From a virus: a DNA stretch of 64,000 nt. The notes under the pieces were generated by a model that saw nothing but the letters and a program-made list of their open reading frames with translations, did not search any database and was not told the origin of the DNA. The stretch spans positions 40,106 to 104,105 of the IMG/VR virus record IMGVR_UViG_3300005366_000002; one strand, written 5' to 3'. The translations under genes were made by a program, and so were the position numbers. The stretch's first letter is position 1, and every line of letters starts with the position of its first letter. Shown piece after piece: positions 53,743 through 62,200 of this stretch.

Positions 53743-54000
53743 CTAGCGGTGTTGCTTGTGATGCCGTGCGGCCCAGACGAAGCGGTACGTCCGCATGCGG
53801 ATGCCGCTCTTCGACAGGTGGGAGTGCGAGGGCTTGGACTTCCGCGGCTCGAGGCGATGCTCGAGCTGACGGATCCGCATGACCTCTTCCTGGATCTGCA
53901 CGTTGATCTCCTGGAGCTGACTGAACAGCCACTTGAGTCCCAGGAGGAGTCCGCAGATCAGGAGGCCCAGCAGCAGGATCGGATCTTCACTGTGCAGCAT
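53743..54000 (-). CDS. Small membrane-anchored coiled-coil protein
   Basis: N-terminal TM segment ILLLGLLICGLLLGL. Confidence 0.5.
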   Translation of the reverse strand: MLHSEDPILLLGLLICGLLLGLKWLFSQLQEINVQIQEEVMRIRQLEHRLEPRKSKPSHSHLSKSGIRMRTYRFVWAARHHKQHR

Positions 54001-54003
54001 CGC

Positions 54004-55119
54004 TCACCCCTTCGCCGGCGGTTGTTGGTTCTTGATGAACCGGTAGACCTTCGAGGAGATCAGCGACTGCGCGTCCACCGTGAACTGCATGGACTCGGTC
54101 TTCAGCTGCACCGCCATCTCGAGGAATGCCGCGTAGGCACCCAGTGAGATCTTCTGGCCCTTGAGACCGTTGAGGGCAGCACGGTTCGACGGCATCCAGA
54201 TCACCTTCGACGACTTCTTGCCGTCGAGCACCTGGAGGTTCAGCAGGAACTGCGCCGCCCAGAGGATCTTGTTGATGACCTGGAACGGATCGCCGATCTC
54301 CAGGACAGCCAGCTGAACCGGCACGAACTTGCCGATCAGGGCCGACGACACGATCTGGGCCGCCAGCTTGTCATCGTCCTGCTCCGTGGAACCCAGGGCT
54401 TCGATGAGCGTGTCCATCGACAGCTTCTTCGGCTTCTCGTCGAGACCTGCGTAGTAGTCGGCCACCGCCTGGATCGACGAGGCGACGCCGCGCATGTCCG
54501 ACGTGCCCTCGACGATGCGCTGGAGCAGCTCGTTGTCCTTGAGGAAGGTCAGTTCTTCGCCGACGACGATCCGCTTCGCCTGCTTCATGCGGTCGATCTC
54601 GGTGTGCGGGCCCAGCACGAACTGGACGCAGCGGCCGGCGATGGCCTTGCCTTCCGTGGTCGACTGGAACTTGCCCGGATCCATCGAGCAGAGGATCCAG
54701 ATCGTGTCCTTGGTGCCAGAGTCCTCGATGGGCTTCAGCAGCGCCTGCGCGGCCACCTTGTTGGTCAGGATCGACTGCGCCTCGTCGATCACGAAGATCC
54801 GCTTGGCACCGCCCATCGGCTTGTGACGCGAGAGCTGCACGAGGTCGCGCACGTCCTCGATGGAGCGCTGCGATCCGCCGTCGAGCTCCTTGTAGAGGCC
54901 TTGGCGTTGCTGCTCCTCGATGGTCTTGCCATTGACCTGCGCGGCGATCGCGCGGGCCAGCGTGGTCTTGCCGGCCGCCGGGGCACCCGTGAACAGCATG
55001 GCCGAGGGCCAGTTGCCGTTGTTGATGATGCCCTTGAGACGGGTCACGGCCTGCTCGTGACCGATCATCTTGTCCAAGGTCTGCGGACGGTACTTGGTAT
55101 GCCAAAGGGTCGAAGTCAT
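54004..55119 (-). CDS. Clamp loader AAA+ subunit (DnaX gamma/tau-like)
   Basis: KYRPQTL..MIGHE, GAPAAGKTTLAR, IDEAQ, ALLKPIE, GRC. Confidence 0.9.
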   Translation of the reverse strand: MTSTLWHTKYRPQTLDKMIGHEQAVTRLKGIINNGNWPSAMLFTGAPAAGKTTLARAIAAQVNGKTIEEQQRQGLYKELDGGSQRSIEDVRDLVQLSRHKPMGGAKRIFVIDEAQSILTNKVAAQALLKPIEDSGTKDTIWILCSMDPGKFQSTTEGKAIAGRCVQFVLGPHTEIDRMKQAKRIVVGEELTFLKDNELLQRIVEGTSDMRGVASSIQAVADYYAGLDEKPKKLSMDTLIEALGSTEQDDDKLAAQIVSSALIGKFVPVQLAVLEIGDPFQVINKILWAAQFLLNLQVLDGKKSSKVIWMPSNRAALNGLKGQKISLGAYAAFLEMAVQLKTESMQFTVDAQSLISSKVYRFIKNQQPPAKG

Positions 55120-55155
55120 GTGGTGAGTTTCCGTTGTTGTCTGTGTGGAACCGCT

Positions 55156-55162
55156 CTATTTA
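55156..55162 (-). promoter_or_regulatory. TAAATAG motif, putative class R promoter of the clamp loader
   Basis: Reverse complement CGGTAAATAG, intergenic. Confidence 0.65.
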
Positions 55163-55167
55163 CCGTC

Positions 55168-55452
55168 TCAGCGGCGAATGCGGTCCATGTCCTTGGAGTG
55201 CTCGATCGCGTTGTTCATCAACTCGAAGCGGAGCCATGCGGCCTCCGGATGGTACGGGATGCCGTTGCGCTGGACCTCGCGCGCCGGGAGCTGGAACATC
55301 TCCTGGCGCTCGCCTTCGCGCGACACGTAGATCAGTCCGTTCTCGAGAACGTAGTCCACGACTGCGTGATCGCCGGCCGCCAGGACGTGCTTCGGTGGCG
55401 GCAAGGGCCTGAACGAACTCGGCGAGTTGAACATTGCTCGGTGAGGGAACAT
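55168..55452 (-). CDS. Hypothetical protein
   Basis: AGGAG RBS. Confidence 0.55.
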   Translation of the reverse strand: MFPHRAMFNSPSSFRPLPPPKHVLAAGDHAVVDYVLENGLIYVSREGERQEMFQLPAREVQRNGIPYHPEAAWLRFELMNNAIEHSKDMDRIRR

Positions 55453-55460
55453 GGTGTCTC

Positions 55461-55958
55461 CTAGCGGCGCTTGCGATGGCGCCCGTACCACGGGTGATTG
55501 GAACGCTGGGGTCCGCGGATGTCGGTCTGCTGGCCCATCAGCCGCACCTCGTTGTCCTTCGCACGCTCCATGATGAGTGCCTGGGCAATCCTGGGGTCGT
55601 TCTTGTTGTAGACCATCCCCTTGAGGCCCATCGTGTGGATGATCGCCAGGCTCAGATCATCGCGCACGATATACAGTGCCGCATCGGGATCAGCACCACG
55701 CAGGAGATCGACGAGCAGCTCACGGGTCTTGGTGAACCAGCTCTCGAAGTTCTGACGGACAGCGAAGTCCACGTGGCCATCAGCTTCGTGGATCGGACAG
55801 CACATGCCGTCCTCGTCAATCCAGAACATGGGCACTTCCGAGATCTTCAGCCTGGAATTGCCATACGTGTCGAGCAGCTCGAGGTGTTCGACACGCTTCG
55901 ACCACGGGCCCATGTTCACCGTCTTGATGGTCCACTGGCGATCGTCATGCTGGTTCAT
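55461..55958 (-). CDS. Hypothetical protein
   Basis: GGAG RBS; tiles the operon. Confidence 0.55.
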   Translation of the reverse strand: MNQHDDRQWTIKTVNMGPWSKRVEHLELLDTYGNSRLKISEVPMFWIDEDGMCCPIHEADGHVDFAVRQNFESWFTKTRELLVDLLRGADPDAALYIVRDDLSLAIIHTMGLKGMVYNKNDPRIAQALIMERAKDNEVRLMGQQTDIRGPQRSNHPWYGRHRKRR

Positions 55959-56286
55959 CGCCGTCTCCCGCCTGCTGCATCATGCCGCGCCACAGGCCCT
56001 CCAGCTCGGCGATCTTCTCGAGCGTCAGGACCTGCCCCTCGTTGAGGTTCAGCCAGTGGACAATCACGTCGGTGAGGGGCGTCATCTTCTCGAACCAGTC
56101 GTAGACGCTCTTCGACCACTCCTTGCCGTTGGGTCCCACGTAGTTGACCGTCGCGGGATACTCCTTCTGGCGGTCGCTCAGGTTGGTCACCGAAGTGACC
56201 TGGTAGATGCGACCGTTGCGATGCTTCCAGTAGGAGTTCTTGCGAGGCAGCGTCTGCAGCCCCTTGCTCGTCATGACCTGCATCAT
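55945..56286 (-). CDS. DUF1653-like SH3-fold protein
   Basis: YWKHRNGRIYQV...VNY...GKEWS. Confidence 0.55.
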   Translation of the reverse strand: MMQVMTSKGLQTLPRKNSYWKHRNGRIYQVTSVTNLSDRQKEYPATVNYVGPNGKEWSKSVYDWFEKMTPLTDVIVHWLNLNEGQVLTLEKIAELEGLWRGMMQQAGDGDEPA

Positions 56287-56672
56287 GCGCTTGCCCTCGG
56301 TTGTTCCTTGCCCAGCGAGGACCAGCTGTGTTCCTTGCCCCTCGTGAACGCCGTTGCGATCGCCGCGTCAGCCTCGGCAACCTTGGCAGCCCAGCGCTCT
56401 TCGTTCCCGTTCTTCAGGGCCGGTCGAGCCATGATGAGGCGCACGTTCGTCTCCGGAGTAACCGACGGTTCCCAGTCCTCGGTGGCGAAGCGCCAGATCA
56501 TGGCCTCGCGTTGACCCAGCTCGGGCCGGTTGATCTCGAAGCGTCCTTCGCAGGGCATGTTCTTGTAGCCCCTTGCGAACAGGTTCGTCTGGATGTCCGG
56601 GAGAAGATCGTCCTTCGTCCAGGAGTCGACGTGCGCCTGGGCACTCGCCGTGGTGTTGTCAGGGTCGGTCAT
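56283..56672 (-). CDS. Hypothetical protein
   Basis: GGAG RBS (MTDPDN...). Confidence 0.55.
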   Translation of the reverse strand: MTDPDNTTASAQAHVDSWTKDDLLPDIQTNLFARGYKNMPCEGRFEINRPELGQREAMIWRFATEDWEPSVTPETNVRLIMARPALKNGNEERWAAKVAEADAAIATAFTRGKEHSWSSLGKEQPRASA

Positions 56673-56673
56673 T

Positions 56674-57042
56674 TCAATCTCCGTTGAGGCGCTTGTCGAG
56701 GGCTTCGCGGAATCCTTCGACGCCGGCGGCCTTGCAGTCCTCGATCGTTGCTCCGAGGTTGTCGCGACTGTGGGACGTGGCAGCGACACGGAACGCCTCG
56801 GTGCAGACCTCGATATCCTTGTCGGACAGCCAGGACGAGGCGGCGATCAGCGCCTGGTCGTCCGCGTGTTCGATCTGGCGCACCTGGATGCCGGGACGAA
56901 ACGCCATGACGGCGCCCACCGGGTCGGTCTTCGCCGACATGAACACGTTGACCAGCTCCTGGAGTTCTTGGCCGGAAGGCTCCCACTCGGCAGAGCCGGC
57001 AGTGATCACGGTGAGCTTCTTGGGTGGTGTGGGATCAGTCAT
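56674..57042 (-). CDS. Hypothetical protein whose N-terminus resembles a portal clip segment
   Basis: ITAGSAEWEPSGQELQELVNVFMSAKTDPVGAVMAFRPGIQV; resemblance from recall only. Confidence 0.45.
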   Translation of the reverse strand: MTDPTPPKKLTVITAGSAEWEPSGQELQELVNVFMSAKTDPVGAVMAFRPGIQVRQIEHADDQALIAASSWLSDKDIEVCTEAFRVAATSHSRDNLGATIEDCKAAGVEGFREALDKRLNGD

Positions 57043-57271
57043 CGGTCTGCTCGTCTCTTTCCGCCTTCTTGGCTGCACGGTACTTGCGCACCTCGTTGTC
57101 GACCGCGTTCTTGACGAACTTGGTGACGCCCTTGTAGAGCTCCATGCGGGCCTCCGCAACGTCTTCGCCATCGGCGACGGTGATAGTCTCTTCGACCTCC
57201 ACCGACACCGGCTCGTAGCGTTCGACCTGCGTGGTCCGCCCTACTCTGATTGTGATCTTGCGCATCGTCAT
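57035..57271 (-). CDS. Small conserved phage hypothetical protein
   Basis: GRTTQVERYEPVSVEV pattern. Confidence 0.55.
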   Translation of the reverse strand: MTMRKITIRVGRTTQVERYEPVSVEVEETITVADGEDVAEARMELYKGVTKFVKNAVDNEVRKYRAAKKAERDEQTDD

Positions 57272-57274
57272 CTT

Positions 57275-57640
57275 CTAGCCTTGGTTGAAGCCGTTGAGGA
57301 GGTCGAGTTGGTCCTGCTGGACCTTGTAGAGAGGCCTCCGCTCGGTTCGTGCGACCTGCAGGTCGTGATCGGACTGGATGCACGCGAGCTTGGCCAGCGC
57401 GAGCGCCATGTCGAGCGTGCAGCGCCGCGTCGAGTAGATCTCCTCGTGCAGGCGCTCCTCCAGGTGCCTGATCCTCGCCATGTTCTCGTTCGTCGCCTGG
57501 AGGCCCAGGAAAGCCTGGGCTTGAGACAGCCAGTGGCCTCCAGGCGACGGATCGGCAACGTAGCTCGACGTCTGGACGATCATGGGTGTCATGCTTCGCC
57601 CTTGTCTGTTCAGCTCCGGTTTGTCAGGGTTGTGGTCCAT
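57275..57640 (-). CDS. Hypothetical protein
   Basis: Tiles the operon; start uncertain. Confidence 0.45.
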   Translation of the reverse strand: MDHNPDKPELNRQGRSMTPMIVQTSSYVADPSPGGHWLSQAQAFLGLQATNENMARIRHLEERLHEEIYSTRRCTLDMALALAKLACIQSDHDLQVARTERRPLYKVQQDQLDLLNGFNQG

Positions 57641-57649
57641 GTGGTGATC

Positions 57650-57880
57650 TCACTTCATGTTGGTGATCTTCTCGAGGATCTTCAAGTCCTCTTTCGTTGC
57701 CTGGTCACGCTTGACCCTCTCGCGTGCCCGGCTGATGTAGGTCTGCACCAGGTCGATCAGAAGATCGAACGAGGGAACGCCGAAGCGCTCCATGTGCTTG
57801 GTCAGTTGTTTCTCCAGGTCGAGCGCCTTCTGCTCGTCCCGGTCCAGCGCCCGACGTTGCCACTTCGGATTGGAGCTCAT
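57650..57880 (-). CDS. Small helical hypothetical protein
   Basis: GGAGG RBS; ATGA overlap. Confidence 0.55.
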   Translation of the reverse strand: MSSNPKWQRRALDRDEQKALDLEKQLTKHMERFGVPSFDLLIDLVQTYISRARERVKRDQATKEDLKILEKITNMK

Positions 57881-58767
57881 GCTGCGACCTCCGCCAGCTT
57901 CTGCAGCCTGATCTTCTCCTTGGTCTTGTCGTCCATGATCGGGAACTTGTGAAGGTTCTTCTTGATCTTGGCGAGCAGCGAGTTCACGTCAGCCTTGCAG
58001 TTGTCGCAGTAGGGGTTCTGGCAGTTGGCCTTGAACACCTCGCGGAAGTCGGCCAACGTGCGGGCCTCCATCGTCTTCTTGTGGAGGCGCTTGTCAGCCA
58101 TCAGCTCTTCGCGGATCGAATCCATGTCGTCGGCCTTGACGATCGTCTCCCAGATGATCGGCTCCCACGGGTTGTCGCGTGGCAAGAAGACGAGCATGCA
58201 GCCTTCGACGCGGATCCCGTACTGCTTCCACAGGAGGTACGCGTAGGCTCGGACCTGCCGCTTGTAGTTGGCGCCTGGCTGAGTCCGCTTCTTCGGACCG
58301 CTCTTCAGCGAAGTCGTCTTGAAGTCGACGATCCAGTACCGGCCTCGCTTGTCCTTGAAGATCGCGTCGATGTGGCCGACGATCCCCTTGTAGTCGATGG
58401 TCACTTCTTCGTACCGCGTGGGGAATCCGCAGCACTCGTACTTGTGACTGAACGGGTACTTCTTGCCACACTCGCGGCAATCGTAGTCGGCGAGCAGCGA
58501 GCCACTGCTCGCCAGGTACGTCTGCATCACGTGGTGGACAGCGTGGCCCACACCAACGTAGTAGGCCATCCGCATGTCCATGCACTGGTACATGCCGACA
58601 ATCGCGTAGTTGAGAGCCACCGATCGCGGGCAGTAGGGCATCTGCGAACAGCGGAGATTGAACAGGCGGGCCGGATCCGACTTGTTGGTCGTCATCGCGT
58701 TGGCCAGCACGTCCTTGTACATGCTCAGGAACTCGGCGGATCCTGAGCGGGCAGGACTGATCTTCAT
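57877..58767 (-). CDS. Cas4/RecB-like PD-(D/E)XK exonuclease
   Basis: YCPR, GHAVH, GHIDA...IVDFKT, QVRAY, C-terminal CQNPYCDNC; CRECG...CCG insert. Confidence 0.85.
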   Translation of the reverse strand: MKISPARSGSAEFLSMYKDVLANAMTTNKSDPARLFNLRCSQMPYCPRSVALNYAIVGMYQCMDMRMAYYVGVGHAVHHVMQTYLASSGSLLADYDCRECGKKYPFSHKYECCGFPTRYEEVTIDYKGIVGHIDAIFKDKRGRYWIVDFKTTSLKSGPKKRTQPGANYKRQVRAYAYLLWKQYGIRVEGCMLVFLPRDNPWEPIIWETIVKADDMDSIREELMADKRLHKKTMEARTLADFREVFKANCQNPYCDNCKADVNSLLAKIKKNLHKFPIMDDKTKEKIRLQKLAEVAA

Positions 58768-58793
58768 CGTCGTAGGTCCTCGGGCTTATGAGA

Positions 58794-58800
58794 GTATTTA
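58794..58800 (-). promoter_or_regulatory. TAAATAC motif, putative class R promoter opening the - strand block
   Basis: Reverse complement CCGTAAATAC in the divergent intergenic region. Confidence 0.65.
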
Positions 58801-58845
58801 CGGTTCTCGGGTGCTGGTCTGAGGCTCCCGAGAGACAAGAGGTGC

Positions 58846-58856
58846 GCAATTTTATG
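58846..58856 (+). promoter_or_regulatory. GCAATTTTATG motif, putative late promoter of the tail fibre operon
   Basis: Identical to the 13401 copy; divergent intergenic region. Confidence 0.65.
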
Positions 58857-58890
58857 CAGTTCCACAGCCATCAAACTAACGGATTGACCC

Positions 58891-59256
58891 ATGATCGCCG
58901 ACTTCATCGCACTCCTGTTCTTCTCGCGCGACTACGCTCATCGGGCTCACCTGCGCACCACCAGCTACGCGGTGCACATGGCCCTCGAAAAGTTCTACGA
59001 GGACCTTCTGGAGGCTGTGGACGAGCTGACGGAGACCTACCAAGGTCGCTTCGACATCCTGGAAATCGGCTACTACACCGCAGAGGCTGACGCCGACGCG
59101 ACGGATCCGGTGGCGGTCCTCCAGCGCCACTACCAGCTGGTCAAGCGTCTCCGCTACGAGGCGGTCCCTAAGGCGGAGACGATGCTTCACAATCAGATCG
59201 ACACCATCGAATCGATCTACGCCCGCGCCCTCTACAAGCTCAAGCACCTCTCGTAA
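58891..59256 (+). CDS. Ferritin/Dps-like four-helix protein (DUF5856-like)
   Basis: AHRAHL.TTSYAVHMALEKFYEDL...DELTETYQG...NQID...YKL. Confidence 0.75.
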   Translation: MIADFIALLFFSRDYAHRAHLRTTSYAVHMALEKFYEDLLEAVDELTETYQGRFDILEIGYYTAEADADATDPVAVLQRHYQLVKRLRYEAVPKAETMLHNQIDTIESIYARALYKLKHLS

Positions 59257-59264
59257 GGATCACG

Positions 59265-62200
59265 ATGAGCACCATCCAGATCACTGACGCCGGCGTGGCG
59301 ATCATGCAGGCGGCGACGGCTCCGGTCGTCCTGACCTCGTATCGCCTTGGCACCGGCTTCGGCTACATCCCCACGTCCGGCCAGACGGCGCTGCAGGGCT
59401 CCACGGTCTTCACCGGGACACCTGGTGCACCTGTGGTCAAAGACGCGAACACCGTCCTCTACCCATCGCAGGTTCCGTCGAACGCCGGCACGTTCCAGTT
59501 CGGTGAGGTCGGGTACTACTACGGCTCCACCCTGTTCGCGATCCTCGTCTGCGACACGCTGATCACGAAGACGCCCCTGGACCCGCAGACCAACCAGGGC
59601 GGCCCGATCATCATCGACGCGTTCATCCCGATGGTGGGTGGCAACTACCAGATGTGGGCGAACATCTCGGAGTCGAACACCAACAAGGTCTCCGTCGCAT
59701 CGGGCCCTGAAGGTCTGCCCTACAGCGTCAATGCGCTGCCCAACATCTGGATCGTCAACGCTGTCGGTGCCGCCAAGTCGTTCCTCGCTTACACGGACCG
59801 CCAAGGTCTCTGGAGCTTCGACACCTACAACGAAGCCCTCGAGAGCCACGCCACCGGCTCGACGACGACGGCGATCAAGCTGGACGCTTCGATCTGGGCG
59901 GCCTCGAACCTGACCTACACTGGTCTCGGGTCGCTGCTGATTCAGTGCGCCTCGGGGACCAACGCTGCGGCTTCGCGGTACGTCGTCTCGGCGCTGGAGG
60001 ACAACAGCGGCAACATCGTACTGTCACTGAACGCTCCGCTGACCAAGCCCTGCAACGTCGGTGACTTCATCAAGGTCTACGTGCCGACGGCTGACGCGAT
60101 TCAGAGCGGTGGCGGCGGTTCCGACGTGACGACGTTCCCGCCGGTCCCCTCGACGCCCAGCACGAGCGACAAGATCGTGATGCTCCAGGGCGGTCAGGGC
60201 TACACCTACACGTTCGGCCAGTTCGCCAACTGGCTCTCGTCGGTCGCCGGATTCAACCGTCCGCCACAAGGCACCGACATCGGGTCCACGACCTTCGACA
60301 CGGCCTCGCAGATCACCGGCAACCTCTACTCCACGATCTCGGATCCGGACGGCGATCCGCTGACCCTCACGTCCATCGGCTACACCGACGACGGCGGTAC
60401 GTTCACCACGTTCGATCCCAACGCGGGGTCCGTCCAGACCGGACTTGGTGTGTTCTTCGCAGACCCTGCGACCGGCAACTGGACGTTCACGCTGGGCAAG
60501 GGTGCGCGGGCACTTCTCGACGGTCAGACGGGTCACGAGATCATCACCTACGTGATGGCTGACGGTCGCGGTGGCATCCGCACCAATCACCTGACGATCA
60601 CGGTCAACGGCACCAACCAGAAGCCGATCGTCGCGTTCGTCAACGGCGGGACACCGATGAACGTGGAGGTGACGGGCAACCTGCTGTACCGCCTGGCCTT
60701 CGACTACGAGACCGGCGTGACCGTCGCGTCCTACACCGTGGCTGGCATGACTGGCACGTTCACCGGGACGACAACGGTCGTCGTCGGTGGCACGACCTAC
60801 GGTGTGATCGACATCGAGAGCAACGGCGACTGGTCGTTCACACCTGCCACGGACTTCGTCGGACCGGTCCCGACCATCACCTACGGGGTCACTGACGGCG
60901 TCAACGTCGTGCCCTCGTACCTGACGCTGGCCGTCACTCCTCTGATCTCCGGGTCCCAACCGCAGATCCTGGGTACTGACGTGGTGGCAGGGCCCACCAC
61001 GGGCGGCGAGAACAACCAGGGCCAGTACCTCACGATCTTTGGCCGCCGATTCGGTCCCAACAGCGGCATCGGCACCAACACCAAGGTCTACATCGGCGGT
61101 GTCGAGGTTGTCCACTACATCCAGATGGTGGACGATCAACTGGCCCCGAAGTTCAGCGGCCTCCAGCGAATCGACGTGCGCGTCGGTTCCCTCGGCTCGC
61201 CGGTGCAGGGGCAGGCCCTCCACATCAAGGTCACGTACAACGGACAGGACTCGAACCAGGACTTCACGTTCACGCCGAACCCCGGTCGCTTCCTCTACGT
61301 GTCGCACGCAGGTAACGACTCGACGGCCGTTGTCGGTGACATCAACCATCCGTTCCGGATGCTCCAGTACCCAGATCGGACACAGCGTTCCGTCTACACG
61401 GAGCTCCTGCCTGGTGACACCGTGATCCTCATGGACTCGGACGGCCAACCGTGGACTGACATCGGGTACAACTCGACATGGCTGCGCTTCCGCGATCCTC
61501 AGCAGCAAGGCTCTGCACCTACGGGTCAAGCCGGCACTGGCTGGATCACGTTCAAGGGCTACCCAGGGCAGACCATCCACTACATCACGACCGGCAACGG
61601 TCTGGCGGGTGGCATCCAGGGTCCTGGCTCTGCGTTCACCGGCACCTGCGGCGACTGGATTGTCGTCTCGAACCTGTCGATCGAAGTTCAGGGTGGGTCG
61701 CGGCGCGATGCGGGCCCGATCAACATGCAGTACAACAGCGAGCGCTGGCGCATCGTTGGTTGCAACCTCGGCCCCTGGGTTGCTGGCGACTCGGCCGTGC
61801 TCAACTGCGCGTGCATCTCCGGTGAAGGCAACTTCATCTACATCGCGTTCAACAAGATGCACGACGTGGAAGGCACGTCGGCGCTCCAGAACCACGGCAT
61901 CTACGCAGGCACGACCTCCTACGGCTGGGAGATCTGCTTCAACTGGATGTTCAACATGACCGGCGGGTCGCTCATCCAGTTCAACGACTCGGACGGCGGC
62001 ACCAACCTGTTCCAAACGCCTTACGGTGTGTGGACTGGCTTCACCAACATCAAGATCCACCACAACTGGCTCGAGACGTCGGCGAAGTACGGCATCCTGT
62101 TCGCCGACATCAACACCGGCAACGGTGGCGAGCTCGACTTCCGGGTCTGGAACAACATCATCCTCAACACCGGTCTGGCCCCGCTGCGCCTCAACACGAA

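Noticed and set aside
57877-58890. CRISPR array near the Cas4-like gene
   Set aside because: No repeat-spacer periodicity seen anywhere in the window
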